Positions 9,270 through 18,857 of a stretch of DNA of 64,000 bases are shown piece after piece; the first letter of the stretch is position 1; the number at the start of each line of letters is the position of its first letter. The stretch is from an uncultured Spirochaetaceae bacterium (GTDB taxonomy: Bacteria; Spirochaetota; Spirochaetia; SZUA-6; RPPD01): contig CAZWYY010000013.1 in assembly GCA_964638895.1 (NCBI GenBank), positions 2,522-66,521 of the forward strand. The letters run 5' to 3'. A program made the translations under genes and the position numbers. Under the pieces are notes generated by a model. That model did no database searches. It saw only the letters and a list, made by a program, of their open reading frames with translations, and was not told where the DNA came from.

Positions 9270-10442
9270 TTGCAGCCAAAAACAGCGGTCAGGTTTGACC
9301 GGAAATCGTTCGAACGTATTAAGCGGACCATACGCAATATGTCGGTGGGCAGGAGCTCCATCAGGCAGGATCCCGGGTTTGCCATGAGGCTTCCCGATGA
9401 AATCGGCATCCAGTTGACCAACAAATGCAATCTGCGCTGCCGCCATTGTTTTCAATGGAATGAGGAGGGTTTTTTCAACAGCTTTGACAAGGGAACACAG
9501 AAAGACGAGCTTGATTTCCCGCTGATAGAAAAAATTCTGGCTCAAACGGCGGGCGTCAAATCCAACCTGTATTTATGGGGCGGTGAACCGCTTTGTTACA
9601 CCCACTGGGATGAGCTTTCGTATGCCCTGGAAAAGGATCCGCGTTGGACGGTCTTCTGTACGAACGGCATCGATGTTGAGAAGAAACTCGAGTCCCTGCT
9701 GCGGGTGTCCTCATCACTCGCCATGCTTGTCAGCGTTGAGGGGTTCGAGGAAGAGCACGACGCGGTCAGGGGCCGGGGTACGTATAAGAAGGTGATGGAA
9801 AGTATCGATCTGTTATTGAAGCTGAAAAGACAAAACAAGTTCAAGGGAGAGGTGTCCGTCAACTGTGTGATAAACGAGAGTATGATCGGGAAGCTGTATC
9901 AGTTCGCCCGGATGTTCGAGGAAAATGGCATCAACACCCTGTATTTCTGTTTTCCGTGGTACATCCCCCGCTCGTCCGCGCTGCATATGGATGCGTTCTT
10001 TAAAAAGAACTTCGGCTGGCTGCGCACATTGGACAATGACCATGCCGCGAGTTGGCATTCCTATACATACCATCTTTCCCCCGACGTGACGCGCGCGCTG
10101 ACGGCCGATTTGGGCCGGGTAAGCGAAAAGGTTTGGAAAATAAGAATGCGTTACCAGCCCGCGCTTAAGCCCGGAGAGATTGAAGGTTTTATCAGGGGTG
10201 AGGAAACCACAGCCCAGAAAAGAAGCAAATGTATCGGTCTTACCAACCGCATGAATGTCATGCCGTCGGGAAAGGTCACCGTCTGTAAGCTATTCCCGGA
10301 ATTTGAAATAGGCGACCTTACGGGTTCGGGCGTTGAAGAGGTATGGAACAATGAGACCTTCAGGCGGGTGCGTGAAATCTTAAATCGGGGACTGACCCCG
10401 GTCTGTTCAAAATGCATTCTCCTTTATCTGCACGGGGTGTAG
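9270..10442 (+). CDS. Radical SAM/SPASM-domain enzyme (AtsB/PqqE-like architecture)
   Basis: LTNKCNLRCRHC, GGEPL, C-terminal CIGL...VCKLFPEFEIGDL...CSKC; TTG 9270 with AAGGAGG at 9257-9263. Confidence 0.7.
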   Translation: MQPKTAVRFDRKSFERIKRTIRNMSVGRSSIRQDPGFAMRLPDEIGIQLTNKCNLRCRHCFQWNEEGFFNSFDKGTQKDELDFPLIEKILAQTAGVKSNLYLWGGEPLCYTHWDELSYALEKDPRWTVFCTNGIDVEKKLESLLRVSSSLAMLVSVEGFEEEHDAVRGRGTYKKVMESIDLLLKLKRQNKFKGEVSVNCVINESMIGKLYQFARMFEENGINTLYFCFPWYIPRSSALHMDAFFKKNFGWLRTLDNDHAASWHSYTYHLSPDVTRALTADLGRVSEKVWKIRMRYQPALKPGEIEGFIRGEETTAQKRSKCIGLTNRMNVMPSGKVTVCKLFPEFEIGDLTGSGVEEVWNNETFRRVREILNRGLTPVCSKCILLYLHGV

Positions 10443-10451
10443 CGGATTACA

Positions 10452-11528
10452 ATGAAGACCTACAGCTTTGTTATTCCCACGTATAATAAAAAAGCACTCC
10501 TAAAGAACACGCTTGAAGCGCTGAACTACCAGCCGGGCTACGGCTACTATGAAGCGGTTGTGGTGGACGACGGCTCGGACGACGGCACCCGTGATTATAT
10601 CAAGGAAACGGCCAGGAATTACGAGCTGAAGTATCTCTACCTGGAAAGGGATATGAATTCGTGCCGGGCCAGAACAAGGAACCACGGATGGAAGAACGCC
10701 GGGGGCGAGGTGATTGTCTTCATCGATTCGGATATAATCATCAAGCCGGATTACCTGGCGGAGCTTGAGCGCTGCTTTGGGCTTGATGATGATATCGCGG
10801 TTATCGGCAACAGGCTGATGCTGCCGGAACCGTCGACATATAAAGAGGTGACCGGCCTGGAGATCTACCGGAAATACGGCTTCGGCGGGCATAAGGATCT
10901 GCGGGAGTTCCGGTACCTTTTATACGGAGATACCTCCTACAATATCAACGCCCATGCCTACCCCTGGACGCAGTTTTACAGTTGTAATGCGGCGCTGCCG
11001 AAGAAATGCCTGGAACAAACCGGCGGCTTTGATGAAAATTTCAAGGGCTGGGGCGTGGAGGACATTGAGCTTGGTTATGAGCTGTATAAAAGGAACATTC
11101 CTATTGTCATAAACCATAAACTGGAAGTGTTTCATCAGTATCACGGTCCGAGGAACGACCTGTCCATTAAGCCTGAGCTTGTTCCCGACTATGAAAGGAA
11201 TATCGCTTACTTTCTAAAGAAACATCCGCAGTCGCTACACATGCCCGACAAGTATAAGTATGATTTTTTAAAAGGCGAGTTAAAGGACGATTCGTTTTTT
11301 AGCGAAAACGGCAAGCGGTATATCGGCGTGGATTTCAGAGACCGGTCTCAATTGGGTAATCTGAAGAACCTGCTGCTCAAGTCGATATCCAGGGATAAAA
11401 CCGTCATAGTGGTTAATGACTACCTTGAAAATACGGACCTTGATATCTGGATTCAGCTTCCCAAAAAGCAGGGGCAGATCACGGCCCGCTATTTCCCAAT
11501 GTCAAAAAAGGCGGAACGGCACGGATGA
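10452..11528 (+). CDS. Family 2 glycosyltransferase with a conserved C-terminal extension
   Basis: FVIPTYNK, VVDDGSDDGT, FIDSDI; paralog of 14112-15290 including the tail VNDYLENTDLDIWI...YFPMSKK. Confidence 0.7.
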   Translation: MKTYSFVIPTYNKKALLKNTLEALNYQPGYGYYEAVVVDDGSDDGTRDYIKETARNYELKYLYLERDMNSCRARTRNHGWKNAGGEVIVFIDSDIIIKPDYLAELERCFGLDDDIAVIGNRLMLPEPSTYKEVTGLEIYRKYGFGGHKDLREFRYLLYGDTSYNINAHAYPWTQFYSCNAALPKKCLEQTGGFDENFKGWGVEDIELGYELYKRNIPIVINHKLEVFHQYHGPRNDLSIKPELVPDYERNIAYFLKKHPQSLHMPDKYKYDFLKGELKDDSFFSENGKRYIGVDFRDRSQLGNLKNLLLKSISRDKTVIVVNDYLENTDLDIWIQLPKKQGQITARYFPMSKKAERHG

Positions 11529-12328
11529 GAGTCTTTATCACGGTTATAAAACTCTACCTCAAGGTGATGATCCAATACCGCACAACCTTCATGCTTTCGC
11601 TCATCGGGGAGCCTGTGCTGTATCTGATCAATATCATTTATTTTTCCGCCATCTATGCCTACAATGGCAAGGACACGGTTTTGGGTTATAGCCTGACCCA
11701 GATGATATGGTATTTTGCCGGTATATCACTTGTCTGGCAGTGTATCTGGAACTCCACCGACAATAATATCTCTCAAAAGATTCTATCCGGCGACCTGGCG
11801 GTAGACCTGTTGAAGCCGTTTTCCACGTTAAAACTGGAACTGGCCTATGCCCTGTCGGCGAGAATCCTGGCCGTTATGCTGGAGTTTGTACCGGTTCTGG
11901 CCATATACATGCTGCTTTTTTTCCCCGGGTTTATCACCATTTTTGTGGTAATCAAATTTTTGATCGTCATGCCCCTGTCTTTTCTTATGTTTTTTCTGTT
12001 GAACTACCTGATCGGGCTGACGGCATTTTTTATTAAAAACAATACCTCCCTGCAGACCGTCAAGTACGTGCTTATTACCCTGACGGCCGGCGGGTTCATT
12101 CCCCTGGATTTTTTTCCGCAATGGGTGCAGCGCGTAACCGGAGTGCTGCCGTTTCAATACCTTTTTTACTGGCCAATTCAGATCCTTTTAAACCGGGAAA
12201 CGACAAAGGGGTGGGAAAATTTTACGCGAATCGTTTCCTGGCAGTTGTTATGGATAGCGGGCTTTTATCTTTTATCCAGGATTTTCTGGAAACGGGCAAT
12301 AAGAAAATATTGCGCCGTGGGGGGATAG
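11525..12328 (+). CDS. ABC-2 type transporter permease
   Basis: About six hydrophobic segments; C-terminal KRAIRKYCAVGG similar to the next permease; 4-nt overlap with upstream gene. Confidence 0.55.
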   Translation: MRVFITVIKLYLKVMIQYRTTFMLSLIGEPVLYLINIIYFSAIYAYNGKDTVLGYSLTQMIWYFAGISLVWQCIWNSTDNNISQKILSGDLAVDLLKPFSTLKLELAYALSARILAVMLEFVPVLAIYMLLFFPGFITIFVVIKFLIVMPLSFLMFFLLNYLIGLTAFFIKNNTSLQTVKYVLITLTAGGFIPLDFFPQWVQRVTGVLPFQYLFYWPIQILLNRETTKGWENFTRIVSWQLLWIAGFYLLSRIFWKRAIRKYCAVGG

Positions 12329-12377
12329 CGTAATATTAATCCTCAACCTGTTCAGATTTTTCTTACTCAACAGCAGA

Positions 12378-13124
12378 TTGAAACTGTTACGGGGAATGCA
12401 GTACAAGACCGACTTCTTCATGGGCATATTTCTGTCCATGAGCTTTTCCAGTCTGGGTCCCCTTTTCCAGTACCTTATCTTCAGCCAGACAAGGGGATAC
12501 CCGCGCTGGAACCTGAAGCAGATCATCCTATTCCAAGGTGTGGTACTCTTATGGCTGGGTATAAAAGACCTGCTTTTCGGAGAAATACGCGGTTACGTGG
12601 AGAGTATGGTAAAAGGAGGGAATTTCGACAGGCTGCTGCTTAAGCCGTATCCCCCTCTGGGCGTTATCCTGACCAGCGGCTTCTATTACCATGCCTTTGG
12701 CACGATTATCGCGGGAGCGGTAATCATTGCCGTTTCCCTTCAGCAGTTGGGACTGGTCTTAAGCTGGTGGCAACCGCTGCTTTTCGTGGGTTTCTTTGCC
12801 TGCGGCATTTTGCTGCATATGACCATAACCATATTGTACTGTATCATGATTATCAGGCTTACCCACATGGGACGGCTGGGAGAAATCATCGACAAACTGC
12901 TCCAGTTCTCCCAATATCCCCTGGATATCCTTTCCCCGGTTCTCCGCATGGCCCTGATGGTGTTTCTGCCGATCGCCATCTGGATCTATTTCCCCACGGA
13001 GATCCTGCTTGACAGGCTTGAGGTGAACGCTTTCATGGGAGTGGCGGTGGCTCTTGCACTCTTCTTTGCCAGTCTTTTTTTATGGAAGAGAAGCCTTAAG
13101 AGATATACCAGTGCGGGAGGGTAG
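12378..13124 (+). CDS. ABC-2 type transporter permease (second subunit)
   Basis: Polytopic hydrophobic protein; C-terminal KRSLKRYTSAGG. Confidence 0.55.
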   Translation: MKLLRGMQYKTDFFMGIFLSMSFSSLGPLFQYLIFSQTRGYPRWNLKQIILFQGVVLLWLGIKDLLFGEIRGYVESMVKGGNFDRLLLKPYPPLGVILTSGFYYHAFGTIIAGAVIIAVSLQQLGLVLSWWQPLLFVGFFACGILLHMTITILYCIMIIRLTHMGRLGEIIDKLLQFSQYPLDILSPVLRMALMVFLPIAIWIYFPTEILLDRLEVNAFMGVAVALALFFASLFLWKRSLKRYTSAGG

Positions 13125-13127
13125 GTT

Positions 13128-14111
13128 ATGAGTGATAACATTATCAAAATAAAAAACTTAAAGAAGGTCTTCAAGGTGCGGGTAAAAAGTAAAGAAGGCA
13201 TGTGGGCTTCGGTAAGGCTGCTGTTTAAAGGAGAGTACAAGCTGGTGACCGCGGTTGACGGATTGAGCATGAATGTGAAAAGGGGCGAGATAAAGGGGCT
13301 GATCGGTCCGAACGGTGCCGGAAAGTCCACCACCATCAAAATAATTTCTGGTATTCTTTTTCCCAGTGAGGGTACCGTGGATGTGCTGGGGTTTACGCCG
13401 TGGCTGCAGAGGAGGGAGTACGTCAGGCACATCGGCGTACTCTTCGGTCAAAAAACGCAGTTGTTTTGGGATTTACCCCCTATGGACACCTTTTTACTGC
13501 ACAGGGAAATGTATAAAATACCCGAAAAGCGCTTTCGGAAAAACGTGGCGTATTTTAAACAGGTGCTGCAGCTGGAAGAGGTGGTAAAAAGGCCCGTACG
13601 GAATCTCTCCCTGGGAGAGAGGATGAAGTGCGAGCTGGTGTGCGCCATGCTGCATGAGCCGGAGCTTGTCTACCTGGACGAGCCGACCATCGGGCTTGAC
13701 CTGTTTGCCAAAGAGTCCATCAGGAATTACATCAAGCGGATTAAGAAAGAGAAAAACACCACCTTTATCCTGACCACCCATGATCTGAATGAAATTGAAA
13801 ATATCTGTGAAAACGTCAGTATCATCAATAAGGGCAAAATCGTATATAACGGGGCGCTGGAGAATCTCAGCTCCTTTTTTACAAAACGGAAGATTATCGA
13901 GGTGAAGTTTACGCGGAAAACGGACACGACGGCGCTGGGTAATTTCAAGATTGTTTCCTCCAACCCCTTTTCCGTAAAGATCGAGGTGGACCTGACAAAA
14001 AACAAGATTCAGGACGTCGTGTACGGTATTTTTAACGTACTGCCGGTACAGGACATCAATATACAGGATGTCGGTATCGAGGATATCATAAAACAGATTT
14101 ATACACGGTAA
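13128..14111 (+). CDS. ABC transporter ATP-binding protein with a ~90-aa C-terminal extension
   Basis: GPNGAGKSTT Walker A, LSLGERMKCEL signature, LVYLDEPTIGLD Walker B. Confidence 0.8.
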   Translation: MSDNIIKIKNLKKVFKVRVKSKEGMWASVRLLFKGEYKLVTAVDGLSMNVKRGEIKGLIGPNGAGKSTTIKIISGILFPSEGTVDVLGFTPWLQRREYVRHIGVLFGQKTQLFWDLPPMDTFLLHREMYKIPEKRFRKNVAYFKQVLQLEEVVKRPVRNLSLGERMKCELVCAMLHEPELVYLDEPTIGLDLFAKESIRNYIKRIKKEKNTTFILTTHDLNEIENICENVSIINKGKIVYNGALENLSSFFTKRKIIEVKFTRKTDTTALGNFKIVSSNPFSVKIEVDLTKNKIQDVVYGIFNVLPVQDINIQDVGIEDIIKQIYTR

Positions 14112-15290
14112 ATGAAGTACAGTATTGTAATTCCCACCCATAACAATAAAATCCTCTTGAAAAATACGCTGGAAGCCTTAAACCGCCAAAATGGATTCGG
14201 GAAAGACGATTACGAGGTGATCGTGGTCGACGATGGTTCACAGGACGGTACGTGGCGCTTTATCCGTGGGGTAGGGAGAAACTACGAATTAAAATACCAC
14301 TACCTTGAAAGGTGCAAGGACTCTTGTCGCGCCAGAACCAGGAATTACGGGTGGCGGAACGCCGGCGGTGATATTGTGGCGTTTATCGATTCCGATATCC
14401 TGGTGGCGGATGACTATCTCTTACAGCTTGAACGTTGCTTTTCAATAAGCGAGGATATCTTGTTAATAGGCAACCGCCTCATGCTCAACAAGCCCGTCTC
14501 CCCGGGGAGTATTGCCGGCGGAAGGGTGTTCAGGGATTTTGGTTTTGACGGAAATGATTTCAGTATCCTGGAATTCCGTTATTTTCTGTACGAGGTAGCG
14601 TCTTATAACGCCAATGCCATCATGTGTCCCTGGATGCAGATTTACAGCTGCAATATGGCCGTTTCGCGGAACTGGCTGCACAAGGTCGGGGGTTTTGATG
14701 AGCGCTTCAAGTTTTGGGGCATGGAGGACCTTGAAATCGGTTTTGCCCTTTACGACGCCGGGATCCAGATCGTTATCAATCCCAAGTTGGAGGTTCTGCA
14801 TCAATACCACGGCAGGCGCAATGATCTGGTGGTGGAGCAGAGAAAAATCGCCGGGTATGAAAAAAATATCGATTATTTCCTGGACAAACATCCCCACGCG
14901 CTCCGCATGGGTAGAAAATTCGCCTACAAATTATTCAAGGGGGAAATATCCTCTGATAAAATGCTTATCGACAACAAATGGGAAAAGACCGTGCTGGATT
15001 TCAGGGACAGTACCAGGCTGAATGAGATCAAGGACGTGATTTTAAAATTAAGCGCCAAAGAAAAAATAAAGCCTATTGTCAATGATTATGTTGAGGATAC
15101 AGACCTGGATATCTGGATCAACCTGCTGGGCGTCACACCCAGCGTAGTGAAGTATTTTCCCATGTCGAAAAGGCTCCCTGCGGGCAAGATGCTGAGTTTT
15201 TTGAAAGAGGAGAAAGCACGACAGCTCGGCACCCCGCCGACCGGATCCTGCCGCGAATTTAATACCGATGGAATAAGAAATGCAAATTAG
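14112..15290 (+). CDS. Family 2 glycosyltransferase (paralog of 10452-11528)
   Basis: IVIPTHNN, VVDDGSQDGT, FIDSDI; conserved tail VNDYVEDTDLDIWI...YFPMSKR. Confidence 0.7.
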   Translation: MKYSIVIPTHNNKILLKNTLEALNRQNGFGKDDYEVIVVDDGSQDGTWRFIRGVGRNYELKYHYLERCKDSCRARTRNYGWRNAGGDIVAFIDSDILVADDYLLQLERCFSISEDILLIGNRLMLNKPVSPGSIAGGRVFRDFGFDGNDFSILEFRYFLYEVASYNANAIMCPWMQIYSCNMAVSRNWLHKVGGFDERFKFWGMEDLEIGFALYDAGIQIVINPKLEVLHQYHGRRNDLVVEQRKIAGYEKNIDYFLDKHPHALRMGRKFAYKLFKGEISSDKMLIDNKWEKTVLDFRDSTRLNEIKDVILKLSAKEKIKPIVNDYVEDTDLDIWINLLGVTPSVVKYFPMSKRLPAGKMLSFLKEEKARQLGTPPTGSCREFNTDGIRNAN

Positions 15291-16260
15291 TATCCAACTT
15301 GAGAGGGTTGCCTGCAATATGAAATGTAGGGCATGTTATAATCATGACGGAAACCTCAGGCAAACTTCTCACGGCGCCGAAACCCGAAAATTGTTTTATA
15401 AAATAGAATTTATCAGACAGTCCATGGAGATATTTAAGGATTTATCCGTGGAAATTTTCGGCGGGGAGCCTTTTGTCTCTAAGGAAGAGCTTTATTTTTT
15501 GCTGGAGTATCTGTTTAAAAAAAACATACCGGTTTTTATCGTTACCAATGGAATTTTGCTTAATGAAAAGACCGTAAAACGTATTGCCAAATACGGGAAT
15601 CTGCTGCTTTTGGTGTCTTTTCACAGCTACAGGGAAAGAGGGTACAATTTGTACACCAATTCAAAAGGTAATTACCCCATCCTTGCTAAAAATTTGAAGT
15701 TATTGGTGAAGTATAATATCGATTTTAAACTCACCACCGCATTAATGCGTTTGAATGAAAATTATATCGTGGATCAAATCAGCTTTTTTAAAGAGAGTTT
15801 CAACCGGCCGGTCTACTTGTCATTTATTAATCCCACCTTCAACAATACCGACTGGCTTAAACTGCAGATAATGGCGCCCGCGCAGATACAGGAAACACTG
15901 TTGAGTATCCGCAAAAACCATCCGGATGTGTTGAGTGATATTGATATGGAGTATGTCTTCGATTATTACGACGGGAGATGCAAGGGACAACCATGTGATT
16001 TTATGAGTAAAAACCTGATTTTAAATAATAACGGGGTTTTAAACCTGTGTTTTATCGGTGATACACTGCCCTTTGATTTTTTTGAACTTCCGGACTTAAG
16101 CTCGTATATGGAATACATATATCCAAAAAACCGGGAATTACAAACATCAAATTTTTGTAAAAACAACAGCTGCCAGATATTGCAGGTAACCTGCAGGGAA
16201 AAGTTTGTACCCCGATATAGTACCGCAGGTGAAAAGGAAACAAATTTATGCAAGCATTGA
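15280..16260 (+). CDS. Radical SAM enzyme with C-terminal Cys residues
   Basis: CNMKCRACY, FGGEPF; overlaps upstream gene by 11 nt. Confidence 0.6.
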   Translation: MQISIQLERVACNMKCRACYNHDGNLRQTSHGAETRKLFYKIEFIRQSMEIFKDLSVEIFGGEPFVSKEELYFLLEYLFKKNIPVFIVTNGILLNEKTVKRIAKYGNLLLLVSFHSYRERGYNLYTNSKGNYPILAKNLKLLVKYNIDFKLTTALMRLNENYIVDQISFFKESFNRPVYLSFINPTFNNTDWLKLQIMAPAQIQETLLSIRKNHPDVLSDIDMEYVFDYYDGRCKGQPCDFMSKNLILNNNGVLNLCFIGDTLPFDFFELPDLSSYMEYIYPKNRELQTSNFCKNNSCQILQVTCREKFVPRYSTAGEKETNLCKH

Positions 16261-17681
16261 AACATAAAAAACAGAAGACCAGGCTGTTGCTGCTTCGCCC
16301 TTTTTATGGGATCACGGTTCACGGTGACATGCACGGCGACCTGGGGATCTCCGATCACCATCCGCATATTTACCCGGATCTGTCCTTTATTTACGCGGCA
16401 ACCATCGCCAAACACTCCCGGGTTACAGACCTGCACGTTATCGACGCCAATTCCGGTGAGTTTATGCCGGCGGCCGTATGGACGCAGATGGAGGATTATT
16501 ATGATATCATTATAATAAAAACCGCGGCGCCTACCGTGCGGTATGACCTGATGCTCGCAAAAGAGATTTTGAAGCGTTATCCCTTTTCCAGGGTCATACT
16601 GGCGGGGCAGGCGGCGAATCTCGTCCGAGGCTGGATAGAACGTAATCTGCCGGGCATATATGACATAGCGCGCGTTCCTTTGGAGTATTACGTACATAAC
16701 ATGATTTACGGTAGCCAAGAAATCTGTATGAATGATCTGCCCAGTCCTGATTATTCCCTGTTTCCCTATGAGAAACTCAGGGATATGGACGGGAATTTAC
16801 GCGGCTCGCTGTATACAAGCCGCGGCTGCGCGGTAGGCTGTTCGTACTGCCCGTATTCGCATTTTTACGGGCGTAACATGGAGTTCCGCTCCCCTGAACT
16901 GGTGATAAATGATATCAAACATCTTCTGGCTTTGGGTTTCAAGAAAATTCTTTTTCGCGACCAGTATTTTTCAATCAATCCGAGAAGAACCGAAGAGATC
17001 TGCCGGATGATTCTAAAACAGGGACTCAGGTTCAACTGGGAGTGCGAAACGCGGCTTGAGTCGCTTACGCCGAAGCTCATTAACCTTATGACGACAGCCG
17101 GAATGGATATGGTGTGTTTCGGCGTGGAGACCGCCTCACCGCAAACCCTGGAAACATACAACAGGCCCCCGGTTGACGAGGAAAAACTGGTGAAACTGAT
17201 CAATCACCTGCACACCAGGAAGGTAATGACCATAGCCTTTTACATGATTGGTTTTCCCAGGGACACATGGAGCATAATCCGTCAGACCTATGAGCTTGCC
17301 GTGCGCCTGGCCAGCAACAGCGCAAAATTTTCAATCTTCTCACCCTGTACCCCCCTTGTATATCCCCACCTGGAGCTGACCCCCGCGGAATTCACGCCCC
17401 TTGAGAATACCATGACCACCAATCCCTGTAAAAACCTGAGCAGAAAGGAGCTTGAGTTTCTGGTGGACCATTTGAACAATCTTTACCACACGGACATTGT
17501 GCGAAAAGAATCACGCAAAAAAAACTACATTGAGGTTATCTATAGGTTTCACGTTATGCACCAGATGAGATATCACAGCCTGGTAAAATACCTTAAAAAA
17601 AAGCTTGCGGAAGATAAAATCTTCAATATTGCCGTAAAAAAAGTCCAAAGGAGAAGAGCAAATGCATACAAGAGGATTTGA
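16248..17681 (+). CDS. B12-binding-domain radical SAM enzyme (class B-like)
   Basis: N-terminal LLLLRPFYG Rossmann-like region, then YTSRGCAVGCSYCPY. Confidence 0.6.
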   Translation: MQALKHKKQKTRLLLLRPFYGITVHGDMHGDLGISDHHPHIYPDLSFIYAATIAKHSRVTDLHVIDANSGEFMPAAVWTQMEDYYDIIIIKTAAPTVRYDLMLAKEILKRYPFSRVILAGQAANLVRGWIERNLPGIYDIARVPLEYYVHNMIYGSQEICMNDLPSPDYSLFPYEKLRDMDGNLRGSLYTSRGCAVGCSYCPYSHFYGRNMEFRSPELVINDIKHLLALGFKKILFRDQYFSINPRRTEEICRMILKQGLRFNWECETRLESLTPKLINLMTTAGMDMVCFGVETASPQTLETYNRPPVDEEKLVKLINHLHTRKVMTIAFYMIGFPRDTWSIIRQTYELAVRLASNSAKFSIFSPCTPLVYPHLELTPAEFTPLENTMTTNPCKNLSRKELEFLVDHLNNLYHTDIVRKESRKKNYIEVIYRFHVMHQMRYHSLVKYLKKKLAEDKIFNIAVKKVQRRRANAYKRI

Positions 17682-18831
17682 AAGCAACAAGGGAACCATT
17701 AAAGGCCCCAAGAAGATGCAGGGCAGGTACTGCCTGCAGCCGTTTACCAATATTGATATTCACTCCAACCATGGGGTCCGCTGCTGCAGTGAGTCCTGGA
17801 TGCCGTCGTGGATCGGGGATTTTTCCACGCATAACCTGAAGCAAATTTGGAACGCGCCCGCCATCCAGGCCATACGGCAGAGTATTTTGGACGGAAGTTA
17901 TTCATTTTGTGATTGGCATCAATGTCCTTTTTATTGCAATGACTCCTATTACCTGTACTCGCGGGAGGAGTTGGAGAATCCGCAGGGCCTTGGAGGGGTG
18001 GACGCATACAGACTTGCGAAATACGCGCCATGGATCAGGTATATTCTGCAGGAAAAAACCGAACTCGACATCCTGCCCGCCAATTACAACCTGGCCTATG
18101 ATGAAACCTGTAACCTGGCCTGCCCCAGCTGCCGCAAAAAAAGGGTGGCTTTCAGGAAGGGGGCGGAGTATACCCTGCGCTTGGGGATTCATAACAAGCT
18201 GTTAAAGGAGGTTAAGGAGAACGGGTTTGAACATATCGGACGCTTTAACCTGACCGGCTCCGGTGAACCCTTTGTGTCTCGTATTTTCACTGATTTTCTC
18301 TATAACTTTGACGGCGGGAAGTATCCGCGCCTGGATATTAATATTCAATCCAACGGGGTTCTCTTTACTCCCGCGGCCTGGGCCAGGATGAAAAAAATCC
18401 ACGTTAATATCAATGAGGTTATTATTTCATTGGACGCCTGCTGTGCCGAGACCTATAAAAAAATCCGGGTAAACGGCTCCTATAAAAAACTCCTGGTCAA
18501 CATTGAATTCCTGGCCGCGCTGCGCGCACAGGGCAAGATCCGCCGTTTTATGCTGGCTTTTGTGGTACAGCAAAAGAATTACCGTGAAATGCCCCGGGCC
18601 GTAAAAATGGCGAAATACTACGGCGCGGATCTTTTTATCTTTAATCTGTTAAACGACTGGAAATCGTGGAGTCCCCGGGATTATGAGGCAAACGCTGTGT
18701 GGAAGAGTTTTCATCCGGAATTCGAGGAGTTTCTGGGGGTTTTAAGGGATCCCGTGTTCAATGACCCCATTGTTGACCTAGGTAACATGATCGAGTATCG
18801 CAATAGGGCCTATTCTTATGCCGGGGCTTAA
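17662..18831 (+). CDS. Radical SAM enzyme with an N-terminal Cys-rich region (related to family A)
   Basis: CLQPF...HGVRCCSESW...CDWHQCPFYC, then CNLACPSC and LTGSGEPF. Confidence 0.6.
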   Translation: MHTRGFESNKGTIKGPKKMQGRYCLQPFTNIDIHSNHGVRCCSESWMPSWIGDFSTHNLKQIWNAPAIQAIRQSILDGSYSFCDWHQCPFYCNDSYYLYSREELENPQGLGGVDAYRLAKYAPWIRYILQEKTELDILPANYNLAYDETCNLACPSCRKKRVAFRKGAEYTLRLGIHNKLLKEVKENGFEHIGRFNLTGSGEPFVSRIFTDFLYNFDGGKYPRLDINIQSNGVLFTPAAWARMKKIHVNINEVIISLDACCAETYKKIRVNGSYKKLLVNIEFLAALRAQGKIRRFMLAFVVQQKNYREMPRAVKMAKYYGADLFIFNLLNDWKSWSPRDYEANAVWKSFHPEFEEFLGVLRDPVFNDPIVDLGNMIEYRNRAYSYAGA

Positions 18832-18857
18832 AAAAACAGCACCAGGGGGGTGATACA

